A stretch of 64,000 bases of DNA, taken from Blepharisma stoltei ATCC 30299 (lineage: Eukaryota; Protista; Ciliophora). Shown here piece after piece: positions 21,808-34,054 of this stretch. The stretch spans positions 434,001 through 498,000 of the forward strand of contig CBFDEM010000020.1 in the NCBI GenBank assembly GCA_965603825.1, given 5' to 3'. A model generated the notes under the pieces. The model worked only from the letters and a program-made list of their open reading frames with translations, was not told the DNA's origin and ran no database searches. The first letter of the stretch is position 1, and each line of letters opens with the position of its first letter. The translations under genes were made by a program, and so were the position numbers.

Positions 21808-22980
21808 ATGATGCTGCCTATTTCATTAGACACAAAAAATAAGATATCTCAACATTTAGGCTCTACAGCAAGTTCAGAGCCTCCTCCACAATCAAGATCT
21901 GCTGTAAAATTTGGAAAAACCATAAAAGTTGTTAAAAAAATCCCTCAAACACTTACAATGGATGATGATTTCTTACTTGAGAGTGAAGGTGATATCAGAG
22001 CTTTTTTAAAAACTTCAAAGCCTCCAGCTGCAATAAATTTACGATATAACGATAAAGGAAAAATTGTCCCATATTCAATAGTTGGTTCTCCCACTTTATT
22101 TGAAAGTCAAACTAATGCTCCAAAATATAGCCCTCCTCCAACTTACAGTTTGCCTAGCAGCCCACTCGGATACTTGAAGTTTGGCTTTCCTTTAGTAAGG
22201 AAACAGCTTCTGAAAATAGACCATGAGAAAAAATTTAAAGACAAATTGATTCAAATTAATGAAACCCACAAAAATAATCGAGTCAAAGAAAAAGAAATGC
22301 TGAGAACCATGAATCTCGACCAGCGATTAGACGTCACAAAAGAACAAAGGGCTCTTAAACTCTTCCAAAAAACACAAGAAAAATGAGATCAAATCGACAG
22401 AGGGTTATGCAAAAGAATAAAAAAGCCAAGAGAAGATCTTCTTCCATCGAGAGCTTATGAGTATCGGGAAAAACTTGAAGAACTCGACATAATTGACAAA
22501 GTTAAATCCTCAGAAGTACCAAACAAATATCACTGATATATGTCTTTAAGAGAAGACCCTGAATTTGACAAGCCTGAAGCTTTTGTAAACGTAGGAAATT
22601 ATATGACTGGTCTCTACACAAGAATTAGAGAAAGCTCGAATACTTGCAAATCTATTATAAGGAAGCCAGGAATGTTGAAAACGAGCTACAAGACATTCCG
22701 TGATGATCCTTATTTTAAAGATACGGTAAAAAATGATGAGATATTCAGCAACTTAAGTTTTGTAAGAAGCATCAAAAGTGAAGATTTGAATGTTGTAGGG
22801 TTAAGTAAGCTTCCATTAGAAATTGATGCTGTTAAATCTGCAGGAATAGAATATGTAAAATTTGATGCTGTAGAAAAAGGTGGAGACGAAGAAGTAATCA
22901 TTGAAAACCACATGCCAAAAATCCGTGCATATACTAGTAAAACTACTCTGAAATCATGAAATTCATTAAGTAAATTTTAA
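21808..22980 (+). CDS. MYCBP-associated-protein-like (MYCBPAP N-terminal region) ciliary protein
   Basis: Continuous through TGA at 22384, 22534 and 22957. YSIVGS...EQRALKLFQKTQEKW...KKPREDLL...EYREKLEELDIID...WYMSLR...MTGLY resembles MYCBPAP from memory. Ends at 22959 if the last TGA terminates. Confidence 0.6.
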
Positions 22981-22988
22981 TTAAAAAA

Positions 22989-25900
22989 ATGGATCAATCT
23001 TTAATTTCTCATAGGGATCAAACAAAATCTTCACATTCGAAATCAATGAAAACAATACATTTAAGGACTTTATCATCGCAATCACCACATTCACAAAAAT
23101 TGAAGATTTTTGAGAAGCTTCCGACTTTACATAAGAGGACATCTTCTAATTTGAATTTACCACAGCTTCAAAATACTGAAAATTTGGAAAAATTTACAAG
23201 AGATATTTCATATAGATTGGATACTTTAGAAAAAGTCAAAAGTCGGCTTGAGTCTCAAGAGCACCAGCTAAAAGACATATTGGGGGTTAATCCCGAGGTA
23301 AAACCGTTTACATTACCAACATCGTTAATAGAGATTGAAAAAGAAATCAATGAAAATTCTGAGATGATGAATGGACCACAGAATAAATTTATAAAAGAAT
23401 TAGAGTCCCTTAAATTAAAGATTTTTCAAGATCAACTCAAAAGAAACGAAAATATAATTAAAGAAGGAGGTTTACTTTTTAGAACTCAGAATGGACTTAT
23501 ACAACCACATTTGTCGAATTTACATGAAAAAATACTCAATAAAAGGTTTCATAAAGAAAAAAAGGAGCATAAGGCTCTAACACAGAGAGGTGAGCTGGAG
23601 TTAGGAGCTCCATCTGGAAGAAGAGAAGCTGAGCTTTTGTCTGAATGGCTTGATTATATGATCGAAAAAAATGTAATAAATACTGAAAAATGCTTTGATG
23701 AAAAAATAAGAGCAGCACAGCTGATTTATACACTTTGCTTTAAAGAAGTTGTAAGGCAAATTAGCGTTCACTGTATTGAAAGAGGTATTCTTATGGAAAA
23801 GATATGAAATGCACAAGTAGATTTATATAGCCAGCACGAAAGCACCACAATTGAATCTCTAAATAAAATAGAAAGAAAATTTGCCGATTTAATAAAAGAC
23901 CAGCTCAATGCTTGTGATAATAAAGTAAAAGAGTTAAATAAAATCATTGAAGCATTGAAGCAAGAAAAAGAAGATAAAGAGATTGAATTGGATATTAAAG
24001 AGAGAGATGTTATTCAGTTAAGAAGAGAAATAAATAAGCATATTGAAGATAAAGAAAATTTGAAGGATAACTTAAAAGAAGCTGAAAACGCTATTTACAA
24101 TCATCCAAGGATTAAATATAATTCTAAAATAAAAAAGAATGATATTGCTGTGGATACAAGTGACTTTATCGTTCAAGAAGCTGCCAATTTGCCGGTTTCT
24201 GAAATAAAATCTGAAATTATTGATTTGATTACTTCTGATCCATCTTTAAATCTTATGATGGAGAAAACCAATCTGAAATTAAACCCCCTTAAGCTTGTTG
24301 TCAGTAAGCCAGAAAATATCTTAATAAAATCAAATAAAGCAGAACAATTAGATGCGAATACCTCGCTTGATTTTTATTTTACATATCAATATCATGATTA
24401 TCCAACCCAAACTTCTCCCCAAAACCTTTACATCAAGGCATGTGACTCAATCAGCATTGAGCCGTTTAAAAGAATGGCTGCTTTAATTGAGGCATCACAG
24501 ATTGAAGCTCATCAACTTAAGGAAGACCTTGAACTTTTAAACAAAAATATGACAGAAATTGAAGAAAAAGCTCAGCAAATCACACAAATAAATGAGCCAA
24601 AAGCTAATCAAAAAACTTTTAAAGGAAGAAAAATGGCTAAATCTTTAACAGTTGTAGCGCTATCATTAGGAAGTATTATAGGAGAAAATAAAAAAATATT
24701 AGAAAACCACTGCAATTTTTTAGAGAATAATATAATAAAAAATATTGAACAAGAAAACTTTTGCTCTCAGACAGACTTTCCTGACGTAATTCCTGAAGAA
24801 GCAATGGAATCTGAAGAAGCACGTGAAAAATCTCTGCCAGAGCGCCTTCATAAAAGTATTCAAAGATTTCAAGAGTGCTTAAGTGCTTATAAAAATAATC
24901 GAAAAAGTCCAAATGAAATCATGAAAGACGATTTGATAAAAAGAAAGGGAAATAAATTAAGGATTTTGCTTGACCGTTTGTATCCTATAATAGAAGAATC
25001 TGATGGAAACCAGCCGAAAATGATTTTTGATAATTTTTCTCAAACAGATCTTACAGGAGATAACGTATTTATTGATAGAGTCTTAAGACAGCCAACAGGA
25101 GTGAGCGAATCTGATAAAAATTTTGAATCTTTTATGAGTGACCAAAATACATTAAGAGAAAACAATATGCTCAATCCTTACCTAAATGATAAAGAATCAA
25201 GCGACCAAATTATGAAAACTTTTGATAATAGAACAAACATCAAGCGTCTATTGAGAATTCCAAGCGAAATTCCATCATCAAGAACTTTTGCGGTTAATAG
25301 CGAAGAAACGAAAGAGCATGAAAGGATTATAGACAGGCACAGAATCAGGACCAGTCTTCCCAAAATTGCAATTGCAGCTGAAGAGTTTTTATTAGGCCAA
25401 ATTCAAAAAAAAATATTTTTAACACACCCAGGACAAAAACTACTAAGACAAATCATGAAAGACTTGCAGTCCAAAAAGCAAGTCAAGCACTCGATTGGAA
25501 TAAAAAATCTGATGAAGATTATTAATAACCTCTACACAGAAAAATCATTGCTTTGTAGAGAAAATCAGTCGCATCGAAATGATGAAGCTAGCAATGTTCT
25601 CTATGATATGATGATTAATAGGTATGGGCTCAAAAATGTTGCTGAAAATAAATTCAAAGATGTCATTATTTCATCAATGGTTTATTCAGAGACAAATTTA
25701 AGGGTCAGGAATTTCACCCACTTTCTAGGCATTCAAGGAAATTACTCTCTCTCTGATTGGAATTTTTATTTAAACAGCATCGAATTTATGGGCTATTGCA
25801 ATCTAGGACCTTACATATTAAATGATGAGTCCTCAAATGAGCACTATTCTCCTTATGAAAGAGCTGCATTTTGTGCAATGACATATTTTCAAAAGAAGCT

Positions 25901-26318
25901 GCCATTAGAATTATACGAAAAACTGATATGAAAATTAGAAAAATTAAAAATTGAGCCTCAAAGATCCATGAAGTCTCACCAGAAGATTACAATTCCAAAG
26001 ATCAATACAGACGAGTTTCTTGATTTGATGCTGGAATATTACCATAAGCTCAAAGATGTATTTTATAAATACTACTTCTCAGAAGAACTAAAGAATTCAG
26101 AATTTTTGGAATTGGAGCCTTTTATTGAGACAATGTCAAAAATCCAAGGACTTAAAATTAATGAAGAAGGACTAAGGTCTGGGTTTGAGTCATACTGCAA
26201 TTATATTAAAAATGAAGTTGGAGAAATTGTGAAAGGAATTAGTGTGGAAAGCTTATTAAGCTTTGGAGTAGACAACGATGCTGTTAATTTTCAAATTTTG
26301 TTTGAAAAGACTCAATAG
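22989..26318 (+). CDS. Large protein with axonemal dynein light chain (p28/AXDND1-like) domain
   Basis: PSGRREAELLSEWLDYM...QLIYTLCFKEVVRQISVHCIERGILMEKIW. Three ORFs in one frame joined through TGA at 23805 and 25929. Confidence 0.8.
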
Positions 26319-26336
26319 ATCGATAAATGTAAAAAA

Positions 26337-27443
26337 TTAATAATTTTCACTTCCATAGTTACTGCGCGACCATCGCCATTGAAAAGGCTCTGCTTTATAC
26401 TGAACTCCTTCATCAATATCTGATCATGTCTCTTTAACAGTGTCATCTTCCCTATATGTGGAGTTTAAATCTTTTTCCTTCTTAAGGTCGCATAGTTCTA
26501 AACTCAATCTTTGTATCGTGCTCTGATAATTCATTTCAGTTTCATAGAAATCGCGATTAATGCTTCTTTTAGGAGAGTCTGAGTAGCTTACAGCACTCAT
26601 AATGCTTTTTAAGGCTGATACAATGTATTCTTGCTGTTTAGAAGTTAATGGCAATTTCAAATCATGGATTGATAAAAATTCATTTGCAGTGATAGGATCA
26701 TCAATGTTTTGGAAAAGAAATTTCACTTTTTCACAAAAAAATCGAGAAATCTTATCAACTCAGCTTTCAACTTCTTTATAGAATGCAGAGCCTGGCGAGT
26801 CATATGGTGAAGATGTCATTTTCTCAAACTTTTCTTTCATTAAGTTGTATTCCTGGCTTATTTCTTTCAGCTCATACGTTAATGCTTTATTTTGATTTAT
26901 AATGCTTCTTGTGCTCCCTTCATAATTATTTGTTACTTTTTCAGCTTCACCAAAAAGGTAAATCAGCTGGTCAATAAAAAATTGCAATTTTTCTTCGGCG
27001 TTTTTATTGTTAGAGAGCAAATCTTTTAGTTCTTTGTGAAGATCTAATATTTTAGGCCTCCAGAATGAATTTGATAAGCTTTCTCGGGAAATTCTTGTAT
27101 CGTAGTTTGATTGACCGTTTTCAAACGGACTGAATCATTCTTGACTTTGTTCAACAAGACATCTTAATTGATAAATAGACTCGTCAAGCTCTCCAGTCAA
27201 GCTGTAGACGCTTTCTCTGACTGATTTTTCGTTATTATAATCTTTTTCTTGCAGTAAATCTCTTAATTCTTTGTTCTCTTTTTGCAAAGTCAAAATTTGA
27301 TTCCTTAATTCTTTAATATGCTTCTCTAGAGCTTGATTTGTATTTACGAGCTGCAAGTAGAGGCCAGATATGATAGGTGCCTTTGCTTCTTCTTTGGCTT
27401 TGCTATCAAAGAGGAGTTTGTCATTAATACAATAAAGTGACAT
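26337..27443 (-). CDS. Coiled-coil hypothetical protein
   Basis: Three same-frame ORFs joined through TGA at 27135, 26760 and 26424; first TAA at 26337-26339. Confidence 0.72.
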
Positions 27444-27606
27444 TATGAAAGTATATTAATACTAATTTAAATTATTTAATTCATCAACTTTATCTTCTGC
27501 ACTAATTATGACAATCTGAATTTTTTTAGAAATTAATAATAAAAAGCACCTTAGCTGAAAGTAATTTACTTGAAAATTTAATTTATGCTTAATCGACTCA
27601 TGGCTA

Positions 27607-28521
27607 TTAGCTGCTTTCATTTTCTTTTTTAGATGACAAACTCGTTGTGTTTTTGTCAAAAATTTCTTTTTTTGTTTCCTCATCCTTAGAATATCCAGGA
27701 TTCCTTATTTCTTTGTTATAAATTTCTTCTACTGGATATCCATGATTCTTCAAAGCAATTACTAACTCCATCAGTTTTTGCTCTTTATACTTATATTTAT
27801 TCAGCTGTTTTTTTAATTTTGCTATTAAATTCTCATATGCCCGATTTTCTGAAACAATAAATTTCCAGGTTTCAATATCTTTGGACACAAAATCAACGTT
27901 TACACTGGAAATCTTTTTTAATCTTTCTTCAATTTCTTCGCATTTTTGAGACTTTTCATTAAGATCTTTGGCAATTTCTCCGTTTTCTCGTGCAAGTCTT
28001 TCAATTTCTTTTGTCATAAATTTTAAGCAGCTGAAATCTTGTTGGTAAACCTGCTTCATATCTGTGACATCTCTTAAAAAATCATCAATATTAGCTGGCT
28101 TATCATTTTTTTGCAAATTTGTGATTCATAAATCATAATAGTCTCTTATTTTTAAGAGTATCGGCCCAAAGCTAACATCTCTGTTAACTACTTCATCAAA
28201 AATTTCTTTGACTACTTCATATTTGGATTGTGTCATAACTGAGTCGCTTTCACTGAGGGATAATTCTCTCAATTTTTCTGTTAATTTAAGCTCTAGTGTT
28301 AATGCCTCAGGTGAGCAGCCTCTAGAAAAAATTCCAATGCTATATGGGTTTATATTAAAAGAGGCATTAGTAGATGATGGTGCGGTTATCGTTGTATTAT
28401 GAATTTTTTCAATCAGCGATTTATGCGATTTCTTTACTTTGACTGCAGAAGATTCATCATAGTGGTTTTTTATTCTTTTTTTCATTGGAGATGCTTTCTT
28501 TTGATTGGTAGCGCCTTTCAT
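27607..28521 (-). CDS. Coiled-coil protein with TSNAXIP1 N-terminal-like domain
   Basis: KYEVVKEIFDEVVNRDVSFGPILLKIRDYYDLW resembles the TSNAXIP1_N/C6orf118 motif; joined through TGA at 28126. Confidence 0.65.
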
Positions 28522-28970
28522 CTTAAAATATATTAATATTAATTTATATTTATAGCTTCCAAAGCAAAAAATTCTATCAAATTCTCTTTAAAACTATTAA
28601 AATAGTGTCTAAAATTTAGTTTAAGTAATAATATCTCATAGAAGTCTATATTTGGCAGCTTTAATCGTTTAATTTAACCAAATAAAGTGCATTTCTAAGC
28701 AATTATTTAGTCTCTAGAAAAGTCTAACTTTATAACAAATGCTCCCAAAATTTTTTCTATAAAATAAATGCTAAATTTATTTCACATCTTATGATAAAAT
28801 AAACTCTCTATATTGATCTCATTCATAAAATTCTTTTCTCAATTATTATATCAATATCTATAAATTGGCTATAATTTATTTTCATTTGTTAAAGCATCTA
28901 TGCAATTTTATTTAAAATCCTATAATATTAAAATTCCAGTAGCATTAATAAATTTATCAAGAGCTATAAA

Positions 28971-31559
28971 ATGGATTTAGGAAGACCTCTAAAACTAGTC
29001 GACATCGCAGGCCCTGGAGAAATGGAAATTACTACAGAAGGCATCTCATTCTTGCAAACTCTTACAAAAGAAATTGGAGTCATCTGCATAGTTGGACAAC
29101 CCAGCACAGGGAAATCCACATTAGGAAATAAAATAATCGGCAGAAATGATGGTTTTGAGACTTTTCATGATCAATCATCTCACACTCAAGGAATTTGGCT
29201 ATGATCAGAACCGCTAAAAGCTGCCTATAAAGATGAATCAGGGCTTGATAAGGAAATTGACCTTATAATTATGGATTGCCAAGCTTTTACAGGCAAATTG
29301 AATGATAATTTTTGTTTGGATTTAGAAATTCTGGCCCTAGCAAGCTTGCTAAGCTCTCAGTTGGTGCTTTGTGCAGGGAAGTTAATTAATGAGCAGCTGT
29401 GAAAGGAATTGGGATTTTTATCAGAGCTTTCAAATGTGATTCAGATAAAGTAAAAGATATTTAGAAAGCATGAAGATTCGAAGCTGGTGCTGAGTCATTA
29501 TCTACCTGATTTAACTTGGGTCATTTCAGGACAAGAAATCACAGAGTCAACAAGGTAGGGAATATATAGTAATTATTTAGAAAAAGCATTGGAGAAATCA
29601 GCTGAAGATCCAGTTGGGATTAAAGCAATTAAGTCGAATATCAAACGATTTTTCACCAAGAGAGCTTGCTTTAATTTTCCCTCACTCCAATTTGAAAGTA
29701 ATCCAAACTTCAAAGAGTCTCTTAACTCTCTAATTGACTACATTAAGCAGAGCACTAGAACTAAAAAAATCAATGGCAAAAGTATCGATGGTGCCATTCT
29801 CAGCAACATGGCTCAAGCATATGTCCACAGATTTCATAAGCAAGCTCCAGCTGTCATCTACAGTGCATTTGAAAGATCGGTAGCAGCTGAAGCCCGACGT
29901 AATAAAGAAAAACTCTTCATAAGATATCTTGACAAGATCGGCCTCATAGAAAGCGATCTACCCTGCGAAGAAGACAATCTCTGAAAAGAGCATCAAAATA
30001 CCTCAAAAGAGTTACTGAAAGAGTTTGATAAAACCATGATGAGTGTTTTCGTTCAAGAAGAAGTTCAAGAAGAAAGAATCAGTCTAATTGAAAGAATTGA
30101 TACTTATTATGAAGAACTTAAGTCAACCAATTGTAAAGTAAGTGAGGCAAAATGCAGGGATGCATTTAAATCAATTTTTGATCCTATAAGAGCTGAAGGG
30201 ATCAAATTTAATGAAGAAGACAACACTCCTAATATAGGACTTGTTGAGCAGAAATTCCTAGCTGGGATTAATGAGTATCAAGCACAAGCAGCAGGGCCGA
30301 TGATTGAGTCTGTTTTCGCTGAAGAAATATCATTTATTATTCCTCATATGTCAAGCTTGCTAAGACAACTGCAAAGCCATTTTGACACTGATAAAGAACA
30401 ATTGGAAAGCGAAGTAAAAAGTCTAAGTAGACACAGAGATGAAGCTAGAGCTGGCGAAAAAAGACTCAGGGAACTATTAGAAGAAACTAATAGAAATTAT
30501 GAAAAACAAATAGACCAAAGAGAAAAGCAAATCGCTGAGCTTCAAGCCAGTGTAAATGCCAGAGTCCATTCAGCAGAAAATAAATCAAGATTGCAGGCTA
30601 GAGAAATCCAAGGACTTAAGCTTGAATTAGAGCAATCTCAAAAAGAAAGAGAAATGATGATAGAAGCTGAAAGAGATAGATACGAGAAAAGAATAGGAGA
30701 TTTAGAAAGCAAGCTTTATAAGCTGCAGTTGGAAAATACGAAATACGAAAAAACGCTTGATCAGCTTAGAGAAGAGCATGAAAAAACAATTTCTGATAAA
30801 AATGAACAAATTAATGACTTGTCAAGAAGGGTCAAGCTTATGGAAAGCCAATCAGAGTCTCCAAGTCCAAGACAAGATATGTCACTTTTAAGGACTTTCA
30901 GAGAATATCTTGAAGATATTTTTAATAAATTTTCTAAAGAGCAAAGTGCCAATGCAAAATACCTGGGACAGTTAGAACGAGTTTCCTCTCTCCAAAATGA
31001 AATGAACCAAGTCAGACTTCGCGAACAAGAGAATAAAAACAAACTTATAGATGACTATGAAGAAAAACTGAGACAGCTTAGGCTGGAAAAAGACAGCTTA
31101 GGAAAAGAAATCATCAGCTTAAATGAGAAAATGAAAACCCAAAGCCAAAATACCAAAGACAGCACTCCTGTAGAGCTGGAAAAATTAAAAAAACTCTATG
31201 ATGAAAAAGAAGTACTAATAAAAAGAGTGGTCGAAGAAAAAAATGAAATAGCTTTGGAACTATTGAAAAGAGAAGAGCAGCTAAATGAGCTGTATGAGTC
31301 CGTTGAAGCTTATAAAAAGCAGATTGAACAGTTCCAAATTGAGCTTGATGACAGAGATAATTTACTGAATAGGCTGAAAATTGAGAATGTGGAAGAAAAG
31401 GACGATAATGATATACTGATAAGCGTGATAGGAAGCATTTTGGAAGTCCAACAGAGGAGAAAAAGCTCTCAATTGATACATTTGGGAAGGATTCAGAATC
31501 ATGATAATAGGGGGAAAGTAATGAAGCTGCTAAAAAAGTACAGCATTCCTTTTGAATAA
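28971..31559 (+). CDS. Guanylate-binding protein (GBP/atlastin-like) with long coiled coil; degenerate GTPase motifs
   Basis: PLKLV, IGVICIVGQPSTGKS, HTQGIWLW, LASLLSSQLV, PDLTWV, IKRFFTKRACFNFP, KKINGKSIDGAILSNMAQAYV. 15-nt introns at 29450-29464 and 29555-29569; three TGA=W. Confidence 0.85.
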
Positions 31560-31618
31560 TATTAACTCAACTTAAGTGTTATTAGATTGATTGTCTTAAA
31601 AGTTAATAAAAATTATGA

Positions 31619-32755
31619 TTAGGATTTTAAGAAGTCCTTAATTAGGCAAAGTATTTCAGCTGTATGCGATCTATAAGAGTTTTGATCTAAAATCATTTGG
31701 TCAGCTTCTTCTTTTGTCAGAATGCTCGTGTTTGCTAGCATAAAAGGAATTACTAGAGACTCGCAAAATTTCCCGACATAATTTGGATGGCTTTGCAAGC
31801 ACATCAATTTTCTCGAAATTCCAAAAATTTCATTAGGGGAATTTTCAGAATATCCCCATCTTTCACAAAAATCAGGAAGCTGTACTATATTTTCCCCATG
31901 GTTTTCTGCTATAATATACTGATTTCTGAGATTAGGATATAGTGATTTGAACTCGCTGGTTGTTATTATTGTATCATATTTGAAAATGTACTTATTAGGT
32001 ATTTTTTCAACTGTTCCTCCGAGCACATTAGCAATGATTTGTGCCCCGAGGCAGATGCCAACAAGTTTAATATTGGGATAATCGTTGTATATTCGTCTTA
32101 GAAATGCCTTTAAGTTGATAAGCCATTCTTCCTGGTCGTTAGCAGAGTATTTCCCTCCTAGCACAACAATTCCTTTGATGGTCTGCAAAGCTGTGTCTGA
32201 AGGAAGCTGACCACTGAGGATATAATAATTCTGCCACTTTTCGAATGGTTTGGAAAATATACTTGTCGACCACGCCTCTCCAAAGCCATATATAGGATTT
32301 TCAACAAAGAAATTAAAAGCTGCATAGTCTGGATTATCGTATATAGCAGGTAAAGGATAAGAAATCTCTTCATTCCGGATAGCTTTTTCTAAAAGATTAT
32401 ATTGATTTGCTAAATAAAAATTTTGTATTAAAATTTCCTCATTTCTGACTGGTGTCTGAATATTTTGAACTCCTTCAAGCTGAATGTTAATTGGAACATA
32501 AATTAAAGAGTCCGATGCATGGTGAGAAAAATAAGTGACATGAGCCATTACAGCTCTAGTTGGTTTGTCATAAATCTCTCTAAGATTATCTCATTCTTCT
32601 TGAGTGTAAATTTTAATTCTGAGTCACTCAGTAATCACTCTGGAAGCAGCCATTTGGACTCCAAATTCATATTCATTCATCTTGTAGTCTATCTGGCAAA
32701 AGGTAAGAATCTCATTATTCTCTACTGAGTATGGAACCACAGTTAAGGTCGTCAT
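31619..32755 (-). CDS. Class I glutamine amidotransferase-like protein, tandem copy A
   Basis: GIVVLGG, KLVGICLGAQII, ENHGE, QSHPN. The N-terminus extends to ATG 32755 through TGA at 32624 and 32591, both aligning with TGG in copy B. Confidence 0.88.
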
Positions 32756-32913
32756 TTTTTTTTATTATATTTCAAGTTCTGATTTTCTTAATTGTTTACT
32801 TATTAACTTCTAAACAGAAAAATATTCATAGTCAAAAACTTAAAATTGCTTAATTCCCTTGAAATACAAATTTTTATTAAGGATTTGATTACTATTAAAT
32901 TTTGGAGAAAATT

Positions 32914-34044
32914 TTAATTTCTCAAAAAATTCTTAATCAGCCCCAACAATTCAATAGTGTGAGAGCGGTATTCATTTTGGTCAATTATTATTTGATCACC
33001 TTCTTCCTTTGTAATCATTTTCTTATTCACAAACCAAGGCACATTGTAGCACTCTGGGTATTTTCCAACATAATTTGGGTGTCCTTGAAAGCATAGCCAT
33101 TTTCCTTGAATTCCAAAAATTTCATTTGGACTATTTTCTGAGTATCCCCATCTTTCAGAGCCTTCAGGAAGCCTAACTACATTTTCTCCATGATTTTCGG
33201 CAATTTTATATTCTTCTCTAATGTTTGCAAATCTCTCTCTAAATTCCTGGGTTGTCGTAATTGCATCATACTTTAAAATGTACCTATTGGGAATTTTTTC
33301 AACAGCTCCTCCAAAGGTATCGGCAATAATTTGAGCTCCCAAACAGATGCCAATCAGCTTAATATTTGGGTAATTTGTATTTACCTTCCTCAATAAAGAT
33401 TTTAAATTAATCATCCATTCAAACTGATCATTGGCAGAAAATCCTCCACCTAAAAGAACTATTCCTTTAATACTTTGGAGAGCTTCATCTGTCGGAAGTT
33501 GGCCTTTAGTTACAGTGTAATGCTGCCACTTCTCATGAGGTCTTGAAAAAATGCTTGTGGACCATGTTTCCACAAATCCACAAAAAGGTTGATAATCAAG
33601 AAAACTAACCGAAGCATAGTCAGGATTGCTGTGAATAATTGGCAGTGGATAAGAAATTTCTTCACCTTTAAGAGCCTTTTCTAGGTAATTGTATTGCAGT
33701 GATTGCGTATAGTTTTGCAACAAAATTTCTTCATTTCTAATTGGAGCTTCAATGCCGTGAACTCCTTCAGGCAAAATATTTACAGGAACATAAATCAAAG
33801 AATCATCTGCATCGTGGGAAAAGTAAATGACATGAACCATCACAGTCTTTGTCGGCTCATGATAAGTTCCTTGAAGATGATCCCATTCCTCTTGAGTATA
33901 AATTTTAATTTCAAGCCACTCAGCAATGACTCTGGTAGCAGCCATTTGAGCTCCGAATTCAAATTCATTCATACTGTACTCTATTGAGCCATAAGCAACA
34001 ACTCTGTCGTCCACAACTGAATAAGGAATGACATTGAGGATCAT
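32914..34044 (-). CDS. Class I glutamine amidotransferase-like protein, tandem copy B
   Basis: Intact 376-aa ORF with GIVLLGG, KLIGICLGAQII and FQGHPN; collinear with copies A and C. Confidence 0.9.
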   Translation of the reverse strand: MILNVIPYSVVDDRVVAYGSIEYSMNEFEFGAQMAATRVIAEWLEIKIYTQEEWDHLQGTYHEPTKTVMVHVIYFSHDADDSLIYVPVNILPEGVHGIEAPIRNEEILLQNYTQSLQYNYLEKALKGEEISYPLPIIHSNPDYASVSFLDYQPFCGFVETWSTSIFSRPHEKWQHYTVTKGQLPTDEALQSIKGIVLLGGGFSANDQFEWMINLKSLLRKVNTNYPNIKLIGICLGAQIIADTFGGAVEKIPNRYILKYDAITTTQEFRERFANIREEYKIAENHGENVVRLPEGSERWGYSENSPNEIFGIQGKWLCFQGHPNYVGKYPECYNVPWFVNKKMITKEEGDQIIIDQNEYRSHTIELLGLIKNFLRN

Positions 34045-34054
34045 CTTATATTTA

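Noticed and set aside
27462-27683. 73-aa minus-strand ORF
   Set aside because: Alternative-frame overlap with the end of the 27607-28521 gene, running into an AT-rich spacer.
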